Shown: positions 11,698 through 24,500 of the stretch, piece by piece
Position numbering within the stretch: the first letter of the stretch is position 1
Layout of the letters: every line of letters begins with the position of its first letter
Assembly: GCA_001724265.1 (NCBI GenBank)
Contig: MEDY01000289.1
Location: 1-39,717 of the forward strand
Direction: 5' to 3'
From: Rhizaria sp. SCN 62-66
Taxonomy: Eukaryota
Length of the DNA: 39,717 nt
Position numbers and translations under genes: made by a program
The notes under the pieces: model-generated
Database searches by the model: none
What the model was told of the DNA's origin: nothing
What the model saw: the letters and a program-made list of their open reading frames with translations, nothing else

Positions 11698-13443
11698 CGG
11701 CGTCGTGCTGGGCTGCAACAACTACAACGTCATCGACCTGGGCGTGATGCGGCCCTGCGACGAGATCGTCAAGGCCGCGATCGAGCACAACGCCGACATC
11801 GTCGGGCTGTCGGGGCTCATCACGCCCTCGCTCGAGGAGATGGTCAAGGTCGCCAAGGAGTTCCAGCGCCTCGGCTTCACCTTGCCCATCATGATCGGCG
11901 GCGCCACGACGTCCAAAATGCATACGGCCGTCAAGATCGCGCCCCAGTACGCGTCGCCGTGCGTGCACGTACTCGACGCGTCGCGCTCCGTCACGGTCGT
12001 GGCTTCGCTGCTGGACGAGAACATGAAGCGCCACTTCATGGACGAGATCAAGGAGGAGTACGAGGACCTGCGCAACGACCACTACGAGTCGCTCGACGAG
12101 CGCAAGTACGTGACGCTGGAGCAGGCACGCGCCAAGAAGTTCGCCATCGACTGGGCTGGCACGAAGCAGGAGGACTTGCCGTGCAAGCCGCAGTACCTGG
12201 GTACCAAGGCCGACAAGTGCATCGACCTGTCGCTGCTCCTGCCGCTGATCGACTGGAACCCGTTCTTCCAGGTGTGGCAGCTGCGCGGCAAGTATCCCAA
12301 CCGCGGCTACCCGCGCATCTTCCAGGACGCCGACGTGGGCGCGCAGGCCAAGTCGACCTTCGCCGACGCGGAGAAGATGCTCGCCGCCATCGTCGAGGGC
12401 AAGTGGCTCGAGGCGCGCGTCGCCGTTTCGTACTTCGCGGCGCAGGCCAACGGCGACGACATCGACGTCTTCTTCAGCGACGAGGACCGCGCGGGCGCGC
12501 CCGCGGCGACGTTCCACGGCCTGCGCCAGCAGCAGCAGAAGGAGGATCCTGAGCAGCCCTACGACTGCCTGTCCGACTTCATCGCACCCAAGTCCTCGGG
12601 GCTCAAGGATTACCTCGGCGCCTTCGCCTGCGGCATCTTCGGCGTCGAGGAGAAGGTCGCCGAGTTCCAGAAGGACCACGATGACTACAAGAGCATCATG
12701 GTGAAGGCGCTGGCCGACCGTCTCGCCGAGGCGCTCGCCGAGTACACGCACCGCGAGATGCGCACCAAGACTTGGTACGTTTACATTCACTGTCCAGTAT
12801 ATCTCTAATATCTCTATTATTCAATGTTGGTTCGCCTCCGTATATATTGTCAGCAAGCAAGTATGAGCAAACTATGTTTTGTTTCGCTTCTCTCGCGCTG
12901 CTGTGTGTCCCTCGTACTGCCGTGGCCGGCTTTTTGGTCCTGCCTTGGAATTTTTGGGACTAGATTCTATCTAGTTTTTACTTTATTCTCTTTTACACCT
13001 CGCTATTTGTCCACGATTTTCTTCAATGTCGGCACGATCTCACTCAATATTATCATTATGTTCCTGTTCCCATTTGCGTTTTGTTTCACCTACATCACAG
13101 GGGCTACGCCAAGGAGGAGGAGATGACCGCGGCCGACATGCACCAGATCAAGTACCAGGGCATCCGCCCCGCGCCCGGCTACCCGTCGCAGCCGGACCAC
13201 ACGGAGAAGGGCCTCATGTGGAAGGTCATGGACGTGGCCGCTCTGACGGGCATCACGCTCACTGACTCGTTCGCCATGATGCCCGCGGCGGCCGTTAGCG
13301 CCATCTGCTTCGCGCACCCCAAGGCGCGCTACTTCGCCGTCGGCAAGGTGCAGAAGGACCAGGTCACCGACTACGCGCAGCGCAAGGGTATGACCCTCGA
13401 CCAGGCCGAGTCGGCGCTCTCCGAGCTCCTCTCGTACATGTAA
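9329..13443 (+). CDS. MTR: Cobalamin-dependent methionine synthase; exons 9329-12774 and 13101-13443 (~1262 aa)
   Basis: [17 protein letters not shown] and GGCCGT (homocysteine/Zn), [10 protein letters not shown] (pterin), [11 protein letters not shown] and SGLITPSL (B12 binding), ALADRLAEA and [11 protein letters not shown] (reactivation). Splicing restores WGYA. Stop TAA. Confidence 0.97.
12775..13100 (+). other. Spliceosomal intron, 326 nt
   Basis: TG|gtacgt...catcacag|G, T-rich; removal gives TGG GGC TAC GCC (WGYA). Confidence 0.93.
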
Positions 13444-15059
13444 GGCCTCGTACTTGTAATTGTAAGGATGCGTCAGCGCCCCAGTGCCCATGGTCAGTGC
13501 CCCAGTCAGTGTCCCGGTTAAGCGCTCTCTTGGCTTGACGATGATGATGACGACGCGACAAAGCGCCGGCGACAACGACGAGGTGACTATCAAGCACTCG
13601 GAGCAGGTATGTCTAAGAAGGTGTGATCTTGATCATTTGCGTTGTGCTGGTCTTTGCTTGTTTGTTCCTAAATGTGGGTGTGATGATACTTCATTTGAAT
13701 TCTTTACTTATGGTCACGCAAAGTAACGTTTTGTTGCTTTGTTCCATTTTCATGATGCTTATTCTACATGTCATAGTTACTCTGATCCACTTTTACTTGA
13801 TGTAATTTTCGAAATCGATGATGTGCATTGTTTCGTTGATAAATACTCTCACTCTAGTCATTCTCGTTATCCTCTTTGACTCATCCTTGTGTAGTTGTGA
13901 GTGTTTTACGACATGCTTTTTTGTGTATGTACTTTTTGTACATTTATTTTGCTCTTATGATTGCTACTTGCTCTCTTATCAGTTTGTGTAAGTTGTTGCA
14001 AACTGAATCATGCCATCAGTTATAGTAACATCAAGCCGTTTTGTTACTGTTATTGTTTATTTTTCATTTCGTTAAATCGTGATCACACATTCAACACATT
14101 TAGTTTCAGCTTAATTTAGTTTAGTCCTATTTTACCTCGTTTCTCCTGACACATGTGCTTTCGTCTTGTTTATTGTTTATATCTGTCACACCGACCTTAC
14201 ACTCGCAACGTCGCTGCAAAGCTTTTATTAGCTGTCGTGACTTAGAGTCGTTAACCGTTTCGATGTGTTCAGTCGTCATTTTGACTCTCGCATGTTGTCC
14301 GCTTGCTTCATTGCTCCCCCACTGTATTCACCGTGCATCCCTTTATTCACTACCACAAATTCACCCGCTCTAACTTATGCTGTAATGTCGATGATTACGA
14401 TATGCGTGATGTTTGTCTGGAGAGCGAACAGGGTTATGACATGCTTTGACACTACTGTCCCTGTGCTATACGCAGGGCTTTGACTGTGGTCACAGCCGGT
14501 GTAGCTCGACTCTCTGGGCGGGGGGAAATACAGAACTCTACTTAGCGATTCACTACTTCGTTATCCTTGTGCGTTCTCTGCGTTACTTTGCTCCGATACA
14601 CTGTAGGACGCTGTGATGACAACGCTATGGGACAGATATTTAGTATTTGACTATTCACATACGATTGAACGTTTTATTCACGAGTTTACGCCATAACGCG
14701 TTTTACAACGTACCGATTCTGCAATTCTTCAGTTTTTCGTCATCGACGCTGTTTTGGTGCGAGTTACGGGCAAGGAGATAAGCACTTTACTTCAATGCAC
14801 TCGATCCGGCCTCGCTCATCGTCAAATGTCAATGAAACGGACTAGTCCAGTACTTAATTTGTTTGTGATATCTTATCCTAAATTATATTGCTTTATGACG
14901 CCATCACATATTATACTTTGACGTTTTGTTCTCGCCCACCTGAACACGATCTTTGCAGTCGTTTTCTATCTGTCTAAAACGCGTACTAAGGCTTCATTAA
15001 CCGACGTTCAGAGGAAACCAAGCCGATTTCGGTAGGGCCCTGTGCCCTTCTGCGAGTAA

Positions 15060-18000
15060 ATGAGTGGTGTCTCCAGATCTATGTCAATTGGCGCGCCATA
15101 CGCTGCTGAAGAATCTACCACAAGCTCAACGATGTTCTCTCCAGCAGCTGAGCAGCGTGCTCTCTACAGCGCCACTGAAAGCTCATCTCTGGGCAGCACT
15201 ACGAGCCCGACACTTTACGTCCCTATGTCGCCCACCTCGTCCGTGTCGCAGCTTGTGTCGCCGCCATACCGCGCGGACAGCGACGGTGCAGCTTCCGCAT
15301 TCGACCAAACACCGGACCAGCAAGAGCGGTCGCAACTGGAGCAGCGCGAGCAGCAGCAACAGCAAACGGGGCCCCATCAGTCCCGCCCGCGTCCCTGCCC
15401 GCGCCCCCTGCAGCAGCCCCCGCAGCCGCGGCCGCCGCCCGTTTCTGTGCAGTCCTCGCTCGCGCCGTCCGCCGCCGCGGGCTCGGCGACCGCGATGTCG
15501 ATGTGGCCGCTCTGCTCCTTCCCGCCCACGCCGGCGCTGACGATGCCGGTCGTCGTCCCGCGCTACCACCCCGCCGCGCGCGCCGTGCCCGCGCTCGTGC
15601 GCGCGTCGCTGGACCGCGATCGCGTGTCGGTGCTTTCGACCACGGCGGCCACAGGGAGGACGACGACGAGGACCAGAACCTTCGCGGCCTCAGCGTCAGC
15701 GTCGTCAAGGACGGCGGGGGCGTCTGCGGTGACGAGGCATGGCGGCACTCAGCTTAGAACAGCGCCAGCGGCAGCGATAGGTGGGGCACGCACGGCTTCA
15801 TCAAATCTTGCTTGCAACAGTAACAACAAGCAAGGCCATTACAACAACAGCAACAACGACATGACCAACGAGAGCGCACCTACGATGACACTGAACGACG
15901 CCACACCAGCAGCGGATTTGCAGTCCACGGCCTCTGCCACCCAACCCCCCATGCTGGACTCCAGCGCACAGCGGTTGGCCGACTCACCGGTGGACGTGGT
16001 TGAGTCGCCGCTGTTCCTGGCCGAGAGCGGGTGCCTCGGTTCGGTGCCGCCGCACGACTACGAGCACGGCTACGGCTACTGCTCGCGGCTAGAGGACCTC
16101 AGCAACCACATGCAGACGCACACGTATGGGCACAGCGGCGGCCACAGTCATTTGCACGGCGGGACTGGGCGTAGTGGAGGTCATTCGGTGACGGTGACTG
16201 TGAGGGCCAACAGTACCAACAACAACAACAACGGCAGCGACGCTTATGTGAACCATCCGAGTACCAATGGTTCACAGAATGTAACTGCTACACTGCAAAG
16301 CCCAGACATGAGCAATCTCACAGCAAACATGAACGCTCGCAGTCACATGCAACACAGCTTCAGTCATCAGGCTGGCATTGCAGACGGTCACAGCGACGAC
16401 GACGGCGAAGGTGAAGAACTCGAGATGACTGCTCTGGGGGGTAGTGATATGGGTAATCTCGAACGAGGACGCGGGCTTCCTCGCTCGTAGTCGCGTGACC
16501 GAGGGCGGCCTAACTTTGTGGCCTCCCCGGGCAGCACAGGGCGCGGATTGCGCCAGAGGCCGATGCGCGACCAGCACCCGAGCCAGGGCCAGGGCCAGGA
16601 GCAGGGACAGGGGCAGGGAAGGAGGCACAGGTCTCGCCGCCGCGCCGTCGTGCCTCTGTTCCTGCCGTTAGTTGACCAAAGGCTAGTGGCGATGCTACAA
16701 ACCCCGAGCAACGACGGCAAAAACAGTAAATGCAGTGGCAACAAAGACACCACAGATAGCAGCGCTGATGCGGAGGCAAGCGCGGTCACCACAGCGCCTA
16801 CGGTCGCGGCCCCCGTTGCGGCGCACACGGTCACAGTGCCCGCTTTGACCTTGCTGGGCACGCTGGGCCTCAAGTGTGCGCTGCCCATCGATGCGGCGAT
16901 CACGCTCACGGCGCACGGCCCCATTCCCCCCGCCGCGCCCATAGTAGCCTGCCCCGACACGGGCACGCTCTACACCGACGCGCGCACCAACCTCACGCTC
17001 TCCTTCCTGCCCCTTGTCGTCTTCTTCATCTTAGCCGGATTGTTCCTTGCCGCCGCCGTGTCGGCGTTCCCGTACCCCTCGCTGGTGTCGACCGCGCTCG
17101 TCATGGTCCCCGTCGCCGCGCTGCTTGCGCTCTGGGCACGCGTACGCGCGCGCGCGCGGCTCGGCTCGCTGCTGAGCGTCTTCGCGCTGGGCGCGTGCGT
17201 CATGCTTGTCGTCACCGTGATTGGGCTCATCGTCTTCTTGCTCATCGCCTGGTTTGCGGGGCTCTTTTCAAGTGCGGCCACAGTTGCCGACGCCACGCCC
17301 GGCGGGCTCTCTCGCGCCTCGGCGCTGCGGTTAGCACTCAGCTACGCCTTCGTCGCGCTCTTCGTCATCGCGCCCAGCGAGGAGGCGATCAAGTACCTGC
17401 TCCTAACGCATCCACGCGCGGCACCGCTGCTGCTGCGCAACTCTCCGGAGTCGCTGCTGTACCACCTGGCGTTTCTGGCGGGCGTCGGCTTCGCCCAGAA
17501 CGCCTCGATCCTGTGGCTGGCAGTGGTGACGTTGCTGCCGTACTACGCTGCGGCCCCGCGCGGGCACACCACCTGGCTGCTGGTCGCCATTACGCTCTAC
17601 AACGCCGTCTTCACAACGCTCTCGCACGTGTTGTCGGGCCACAGCGTCATCTCGACCATCATCCTGCGCCGCTCCTTCCCGCATCGGCTGCCGCGGCAGT
17701 CGCGCCGCTCGCGCCGCCGCTTCGCGCCCTGCCCCGCGTTTGTCGCGGACCGCTGGTACGGGGCCATGATCCCGCCTGTGCTTGCCAGGGGCGTGTTCCT
17801 CACGCTCTTCATTCTGCCCGTTGGCTGGCCCGGTACGTGTGCTTATTGACGACTTGTCGTGACATGTGTATGAACGTGTTTGTCCAGATTTTGTGTAGCG
17901 AATGTCCTGTCCTGTTTCCGAAGTTTTTTCTATGTTATCTACTGATGTTTCTCACTTCAGTGTGCTTTTCATTCCATATTTTGTTTCCTTCGTACAGGCA

Positions 18001-18236
18001 TTTGGGGCATTCTGTCCCTCTACGCTGGCGCGCTGCTGGTATGCGGCGCGCTCTACGCCTACTCGTCGCACCTCGTCCGGCTGCTGCCGCGGAGGTTCCA
18101 CGCCGGACTGGGCGTGCGGGCTACGGTTGAGAAGAAGCGCGGTCGCGGTAGTCCTGTTGCTGCCGTCACGACTGCGCTTCCAACCACGACCACGAATCCG
18201 CTAGGTTCCGCTGCTCCTGTTGGTACTGCAACATAA
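15060..18236 (+). CDS. PrsW-like multi-pass membrane protein with long disordered N-terminus; exons 15060-17832 and 17998-18236; in-frame TAG at 16488-16490 (~1003 aa if read through)
   Basis: Track ORFs 15060-16490 and 16518-17849 share a frame and are separated only by TAG plus nine open codons. The C-terminal half has many TM segments and APSEEAIKYLL, AGVGFA and HVLSG. Exon 2 adds GIWGILSLYAGALLVCGALYAY and ends TAA at 18234-18236. Confidence 0.68.
17833..17997 (+). other. Spliceosomal intron, 165 nt
   Basis: G|gtacgt...ccttcgtacag|GC, T-rich; splicing continues the hydrophobic frame. Confidence 0.85.
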
Positions 18237-18575
18237 CAGAGGAGAGGAGTTGAAAAAATGAAGCACATTGCTTTCACTACTTAGAAACATCCTATTTAGC
18301 TATTATTTTTGTCAAATACATGCTTTTATGTCTTGAACATCACATTTTTAGTTGAGTTTGTAGCTTTTTGCCCGTTGAGGCTGGCCATGATGCCGACTTC
18401 CCCGCCTTGTACCAGATCTTTATTTTTGTTTTCTTCTCCGCAAAGCTCCGTCAATAGAATAACAGACCTTTGTTCGCAAATTAACGGTTTATTTCACATA
18501 TTATTATCTTTTTATACCTCGAAATTCCTGCAGTGTGTGGCATTGCCACCTTCGTAAGCTTGAGGGTGAGAAGCG

Positions 18576-21500
18576 ATGAGCTCCCTCTACAAGCAGAAAC
18601 CAGCGGCGGCTCCTACCTCCACACCTGCGAATGCGACGCAACCGATGACAACTGGAGCACAACTGCCAGTTAGACAAGGACCGACTGGAGCTACCTCTAC
18701 GCAAACCATGTCCGACTCTGACACCGTACAGCCGCCTCATCCCCCTGCTGCCAATGTACCTGCAACCTCTGCGACAACAGCTGTGCCGATCGCAAACCCG
18801 CACCCACGCCCGCTCCCGATGCCGCCGCCGCCCTCCACCGCCGGTGCCAGTCTCTGTCGGCCTACGCTGACAGCGTCGACGTCATCTACCGTGAATGGGA
18901 ACGCTCGTTTTGCCCCGCTGAACGCGTCCGCAGCGACGCGATCGATCTATCGCAACCCCAATGTTAGCAGCAGCTTGAGCGGTAGCACGCGCAGTCACCC
19001 CACCGCGACACGGCACGCCAACAGCAGCAGTGCGAACGTGTATTCCACACAATGCGGCGCGGCTGCTGCCAGTCAGTCTGTGCCACCGCTGCCGTCACAC
19101 CCTGTTGCAGCCCCTGCTGCCGCGGTCCCTCCTGCAGCTGTGACGAACACTGGTGAGTCACCAAACAACCCCGCACCCCAACTTCCGCTGCAGCAACCGA
19201 GGCAACAGCAACAGCCACGGACAGGTTTCCGGCCACTTTGCCCCCCACCACCAGCAGCAGCAACAACGGCGGCAGCAGCAGCAACGGCCCCGTCAGCCGG
19301 AGCGCTCGCGAGCGTGGCGGCCGCGCGCGCGTCTCTCTACAGCGCAAGGCGCGCGCCGTTTGTCCCCGTGGATGCGAGCCAGGGCTCCAGCCAGAATCAG
19401 CCGCAGTCCCACCTGCAGCCGCAGTTCCACTCACAGTCTTCGTCTCAACCACAAAGCTCCATCCAGAGCTGGCGTCAGAGCCAGAACCAGAGCCAGAGTC
19501 CTAGTCTTGAGACCTCCACCCCCACCGATACCTTGATTGCAACTACGACTGACATTTTGTCTGCAGCTGACTGTGAGCCGGAGCCTGCACCCGCAAGCGT
19601 GTCCGCGCACCTGAACGCCTCGCAATGGCGCGCCGTGTCGCTGCCGCGGTCCTCAGCCGCCGTTGTTCTCGCAGGCCCCGGCTCCGGCAAGACGCGCGTG
19701 CTCGTGTACCGCGTCGCCTACCTTATTTCGGTTGCGCGGGTGCTGCCGGACCGGGTGCTCGCGCTTACTTTTACCAACAGGGCCGCCCGGGAGGTCTTGG
19801 CGCGCGTCAAGGCGCTGCAGAGGCAGGGCTACAGCGTGTTCTCGTCCATTGCCACCGGTGACGAGGTCGCTGACGGCGACGACAGTGCTGACTGTAAGAC
19901 CAATGGCGCAGCGAGTTCGAGTAACGGGAAAGGTGGCAGCGCTGCCGGTGTCGGCGTCGGTGGCGGCGAAAAGATGCCCTGGGTCAAGACGTTCCACGGC
20001 TTCGCTCGCATTCTGCTGTCGAACTTCGCGCAGTACATCGCGTTCGCGTCTGAACACGCGGAGCCAGAACCAGATGCTGATGAGACAAGCGCTGACGCAA
20101 GCATTGCTCTTGTTGCTGGCGCTGTCAGCACCGATACTGCACATCTCACAGCTGGTTCAGACTCAGACAGTGATTCAAGCGGTGAGTCTGAACGCGATGA
20201 CAATGACGACGTTGATATTGACGAGTCCGTTTATGATGAATTTTACGCTAGTGCCCGCAGCCAATACGGCAATGTTGTCGGTTGCGCTGCATCTACGCCT
20301 AGGCACACTCATGTGCTTACGAGTCATGCCCACAGCAACTCGCGTGCCCACGGTCACGCCTCGGCTCGCAACCGCGCTGTTGCGCGCGCTTACGCGTACG
20401 CCAACACCGGGGCTCCCGCTCCAGCGCACCAGAGCCTGCACAGCAGCAGTGAAGGTAACCCGCAGCAACAGCGCGGGCGCGACGGCTTCGTCATTGTTGA
20501 CGACAAAGAGCAGACGAAGCTACTTAAGACCTCGATCACGGCTGCGACGATCGGTCTTGCGACTGCGGCTGCATCAGTCTCTTCGATGTCAGCGAAGTCA
20601 GACAATGGCTCTTACTTACCCTTTGATACGAGTGTTGATGCCAACGCGATTGCTGTTACTGCGACTGCTTCTTCTTCTGAAGCACAATCAGAGACTTCTG
20701 ACTTGCCACAGCCCTACACAGGCCTGCTGCCGCGCCCGCTGCTCCCCTCGGCGCCGCTATCCCCGCCCTCCACAACGGAGACAGCGTCGCTGCTGACCGC
20801 GGTGGCGTCCGCGTTTGCGTGCGAGTGGGCCTCGGCGCGGGCCGCGGCGGCGACTGCGCGCAAGGGCGACCAATGCCGGCTCAGTCTGCCGGTCTGCGCG
20901 CTGCGGCTGGGGGACCTGGTGGCGGCGCAGACGCGGCCGCGTTGGCGACTGTGCACCGCGGCGAACAACGACAGCAACGACTGCCACAGCGAGCCAAAGA
21001 GCAGCGGCACAGCCGGCGATGCCTCGGGTGCCCACTCCGAGAGTGTAGTGTTGCAACCCGCGGTCAAGCGGCCCCGCATCGCTGCCAATGACTCTGCGAC
21101 TGCAGCGACTGCGTCTTCGACTGCGCATGAAGCTGAATCCACTGCCAGCGCGGCGACAGCGAGCATCAGCGCGGAGGCCGAGGCGCACGCCGCCGCGGCG
21201 CTCGCGGCAACGACTCCCGCTGCAGCGGCGCAGGCGTGCTTTAACGCGGTCATCTCCCGTGCTCGTGGGACGCCGACGCAGACAGCGTTGTCCGCCGCTA
21301 CTGAACAGCCCCTGCAACAGCAGTTGCACACGAGGACATCGTCACCGTCGCCACAGACTGCGCCCGTGCGCGTGCCGGCCAGCAAGTTCCTGTCCACACC
21401 GCTGCCGACGCAGACTGCCGCGCCCGCGCCCGGCGCGTTCAGCGCGTTCATCGACTGCGCGAAGGCGCACTTCCTTCGGCCCGTCGACGTGCTCGCCCTT

Positions 21501-24500
21501 GCCGTTGCGCTAATGCTGCCGCCGGCCGCGAGCGCCGCCGTGACGGCGCCTGCGACGGTAGCTGCGCCACAGTTGCAGGCGCAGGCGCACCCGCTGGCAA
21601 ACTTATACTCGTCGCAGCTGCAGCAGGAGACTCAGTCACGCTACCAGTCACGGTCTCAATCCCACTCACAACCGCAGCTACAGTCAAGTCGCTATGGCCC
21701 CTCTGCGTCTGCTGGCTTTGGCTTCAGCAGGCCCGGCGCTGCTAGCGCTAGTCTGGACACTGGGGCAGCGGCTCTGGCCGGCTCTTTGTTCAACACGGAT
21801 GCCGATCGCGCGAATGCCAATATGCTTGCCAACAACAAAATCAGCCATGGGAGCATGAGCCAAAACATCAGCGCCAGTCTCAACAGCAATCTCAACAGTA
21901 GTGGCTCCAATGGCGGGTTTGTGCGCGCGTCTGCGATGTTACCGTCGATGAACCGCGGCAATGCCCCTTCAGTTCGCAGCAACGCCCACTTCGGGTCCTT
22001 CATTAACAAGAAGCCTACCGCGCCTGCCATCGCTAGTGACGTCGCCGACGTGGTCGATGACGAGGCTGAAGCTCCCACCCCCCCGCGCGATACATTCATC
22101 TCCGAGGCGGCCGCACGCACTCTGTCGCTTGCGGCCATCATCGCGCCGTCTCTCGCCCATTGCGCCCCGCCGTCAGCCCCACTAGACTCGACATCGGCCG
22201 CCGCTGGTGCGCTGCTCGCCAACACCGTCGCCGGCTACCCACTCTCCCCAGTTTCTGGCCGCGCTGCACCCTTCGCCGCCACCTACGGCGCCGGCGTCTC
22301 GAGTCTCGCCGGCAGCGCAGGCCCCGGGTTGCGCGCGCTGCTGCTCGCGGCCTCGGGGCCCGACGGCGACCTGGCCGTGCTGCGCCAGGGCTTCCGGCCC
22401 TCGGTCTGCGCTGGGTGCGCGGCCAGAGGGCTCTCGGGAGGAGGAGGAGGCGCTCACACTGAGAGTGACGGCGAGATGCTGGAGTCGGCCCTGGGCGTCA
22501 TCACGCCGATCGACGGCCTTGCCGCAGCGGCGCAACATCAGCAACCATTGTAGCAGCCCAGGGCCGCGGCGTCGGCTTCGGCAGATAACCGGCGCCGTTC
22601 TCCTCAGCCCCCGGCTGAGCCGAAGTCTAAGTGCGACTGTGGGCACGGGTCCCAGCGCCGGTCCCGCGTTCTAAGGGGCTGCGAGGACTACGCGGCCGCG
22701 CTGAAGTCATTTTACTTGGACGCCGACATCGCCGCAATCTCGCCCCCGTCAGCACAGTCAATTACGGGTCAGTTACCCACCAGCCAATCAGCTGTGAGCC
22801 AGACTACGGCGAGCCAGGCCGAGGCGCGCCGGGCGGCCACTGTGAGCCGCGGGGTCCTGGACCTGACGACCCGCGTCGCCGAGATGCGACTAGAAGGCCT
22901 TCGCCGCTTACTTTCGCTGCACGCGACAGCGACGACAACAACATCAGCGGCCGTGGCAACTGGGAGTAACACGAATCCTTACAGCAGTGCGTCAAACGAC
23001 GGTCTGGCGGACGTGCTCCCCCGCGCCGCCTCGGTGCTGGCGGCGGCGCTGCCGACCATCGACACGCCGGCCTTTGCGCTGGCAGCGCTCGTGTTCGCGG
23101 CCTACGAGCGCGCCCTTGCGCGCGCGCGCGGCGCCGACTTCAACTCGCTGCTGTCGCACGCGCTGGCGCTGGTGTTGACCCACCGCTCCGTGCAGGGCTG
23201 GGCGGGCCGCCGGTTCGAGCAGGTGTTGGTGGACGAGTTCCAGGACTCGAACGCCATGCAGTACCTGCTCGTGCGCGCCATGGTGCCCGCATTTACCTGT
23301 GGCGGCCCGACCTCTCAGCATGCAGCAATCGCTCTCGACAATCATAACAGCAGCAGCAACAGCAACAGCAACAGCGGCACTAACAAAAGCTTGACTGTGT
23401 GCGACGCAGCCGCGCAGAACTCGTCTCAGCCGGGCAAGAAGGGTTTCTTCGTCGTCGGTGACCCGCACCAGAACATCTACCTGTGGCGCTTCGCGACGCC
23501 GCGCAACATGCAGCTTGTGTTCGAGGACTACGCCAGCGCGGTGCAGGTAAACCTGCGCGAGAACTACCGCTCCACGCCGCGCATCGTCGAGTTCTGCAAC
23601 AAAATCGTGCACGCGACAGCGCCCCCAGCACTTTTACACAGTCCAAATACAACCGGGAGTGGCGCCAAGACGAACGGAAACGGTCTCAATAACACCTACG
23701 ACGGTCGTCCGATAATGCCAGTAGAACGCAGCAGCAACGCCAATTGCGCAGCGCTCACCACGTATCGAGCTCCAACAACCGCTGCGTCGGCCGCAGCTGG
23801 TCCCGCCCCCCCGACTGCTGTCGGAGCCCGTGTCACGCTGCCGCTGGCGCTGCAGCCGCTGGCGCCGCCTCTGTCGTTGCCGTCGCGCATGCTGCTGCCG
23901 GCGCCGTGCCGCTCGCCCGCCGCGGCGCCTGGGCCGGTGCCGTGGCTGCTCGAGTGTCTGGCGCCGGAGCAGGAGGCGCTGTTCATCGCCAGCGCCATCT
24001 ACCAGCTTACGGCCGCGCGGCCCAGCCCCTGCGGCGGCTATTTCCAGCGCGCGCTGTGCGAGCCGCGCGAGATCGCCGTACTCTACCGGACCGCGGCCGT
24101 GGGCAAGACGGTCGAGGCTGCGCTGCGGCAGGCCGCCAAGGCGGCGGCCACCACCTCGGCGGCAGCGGCCCGGACCCAGGGCAAGGAGCGGGGCAGGGGT
24201 TAGCCGAAGCGCGAGAGCGGCTCTGGGGGACGCGAGCCGGGCGGTGGATACACAGGGTTTATGTTCGACTTCTCGTCGACATCAGACTCTGCATCAAGCG
24301 CTGGTAACGTCGCCAACAAGACGGGGCGCTCCCGCGCTGGTGCGGGCTTGACCGTGAGCGAGCGCATGATGCGGTACGTGCTTGCGCAGGGCTTCCCCGA
24401 CGTCACGGGCGACGGGCGGGCCGCAGTCCACGGCTGGGACCCCGAGTGGCGGCCCGAGCCCGGCACGGCAGCGGTCAGGCCGCAGCAGACGCAGAACAAG

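Noticed and set aside
4873-12790. Long antisense or alternative-frame ORFs (e.g. 4873-6381 +, 11023-12552 +, 11048-12790 -; also 36510-37799 +)
   Set aside because: Shadows of GC3-biased real genes with no recognisable motifs.
13444-13610. GC-rich MTR 3' region with short cagtgccc repeats as a B12 riboswitch
   Set aside because: No cobalamin riboswitch core is recognisable and none is established in eukaryotes; only a short imperfect repeat.
14495-14570. gccggtgtagctc resembles a tRNA 5' end (possible suppressor tRNA)
   Set aside because: No D-loop, GTTCRA T-loop or matching 3' acceptor stem follows.
16488-24203. Pyrrolysine or A-to-I edited (UAG to Trp) stops
   Set aside because: Pyrrolysine is not known in eukaryotes and the sites are non-catalytic low-complexity loops where Trp is unlikely. 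Editing can only be excluded with cDNA.
22500-24260. Small introns removing the in-frame TAGs
   Set aside because: The supported introns here are AT-rich, at least 140 nt and start GTAY; nothing similar surrounds these TAGs.
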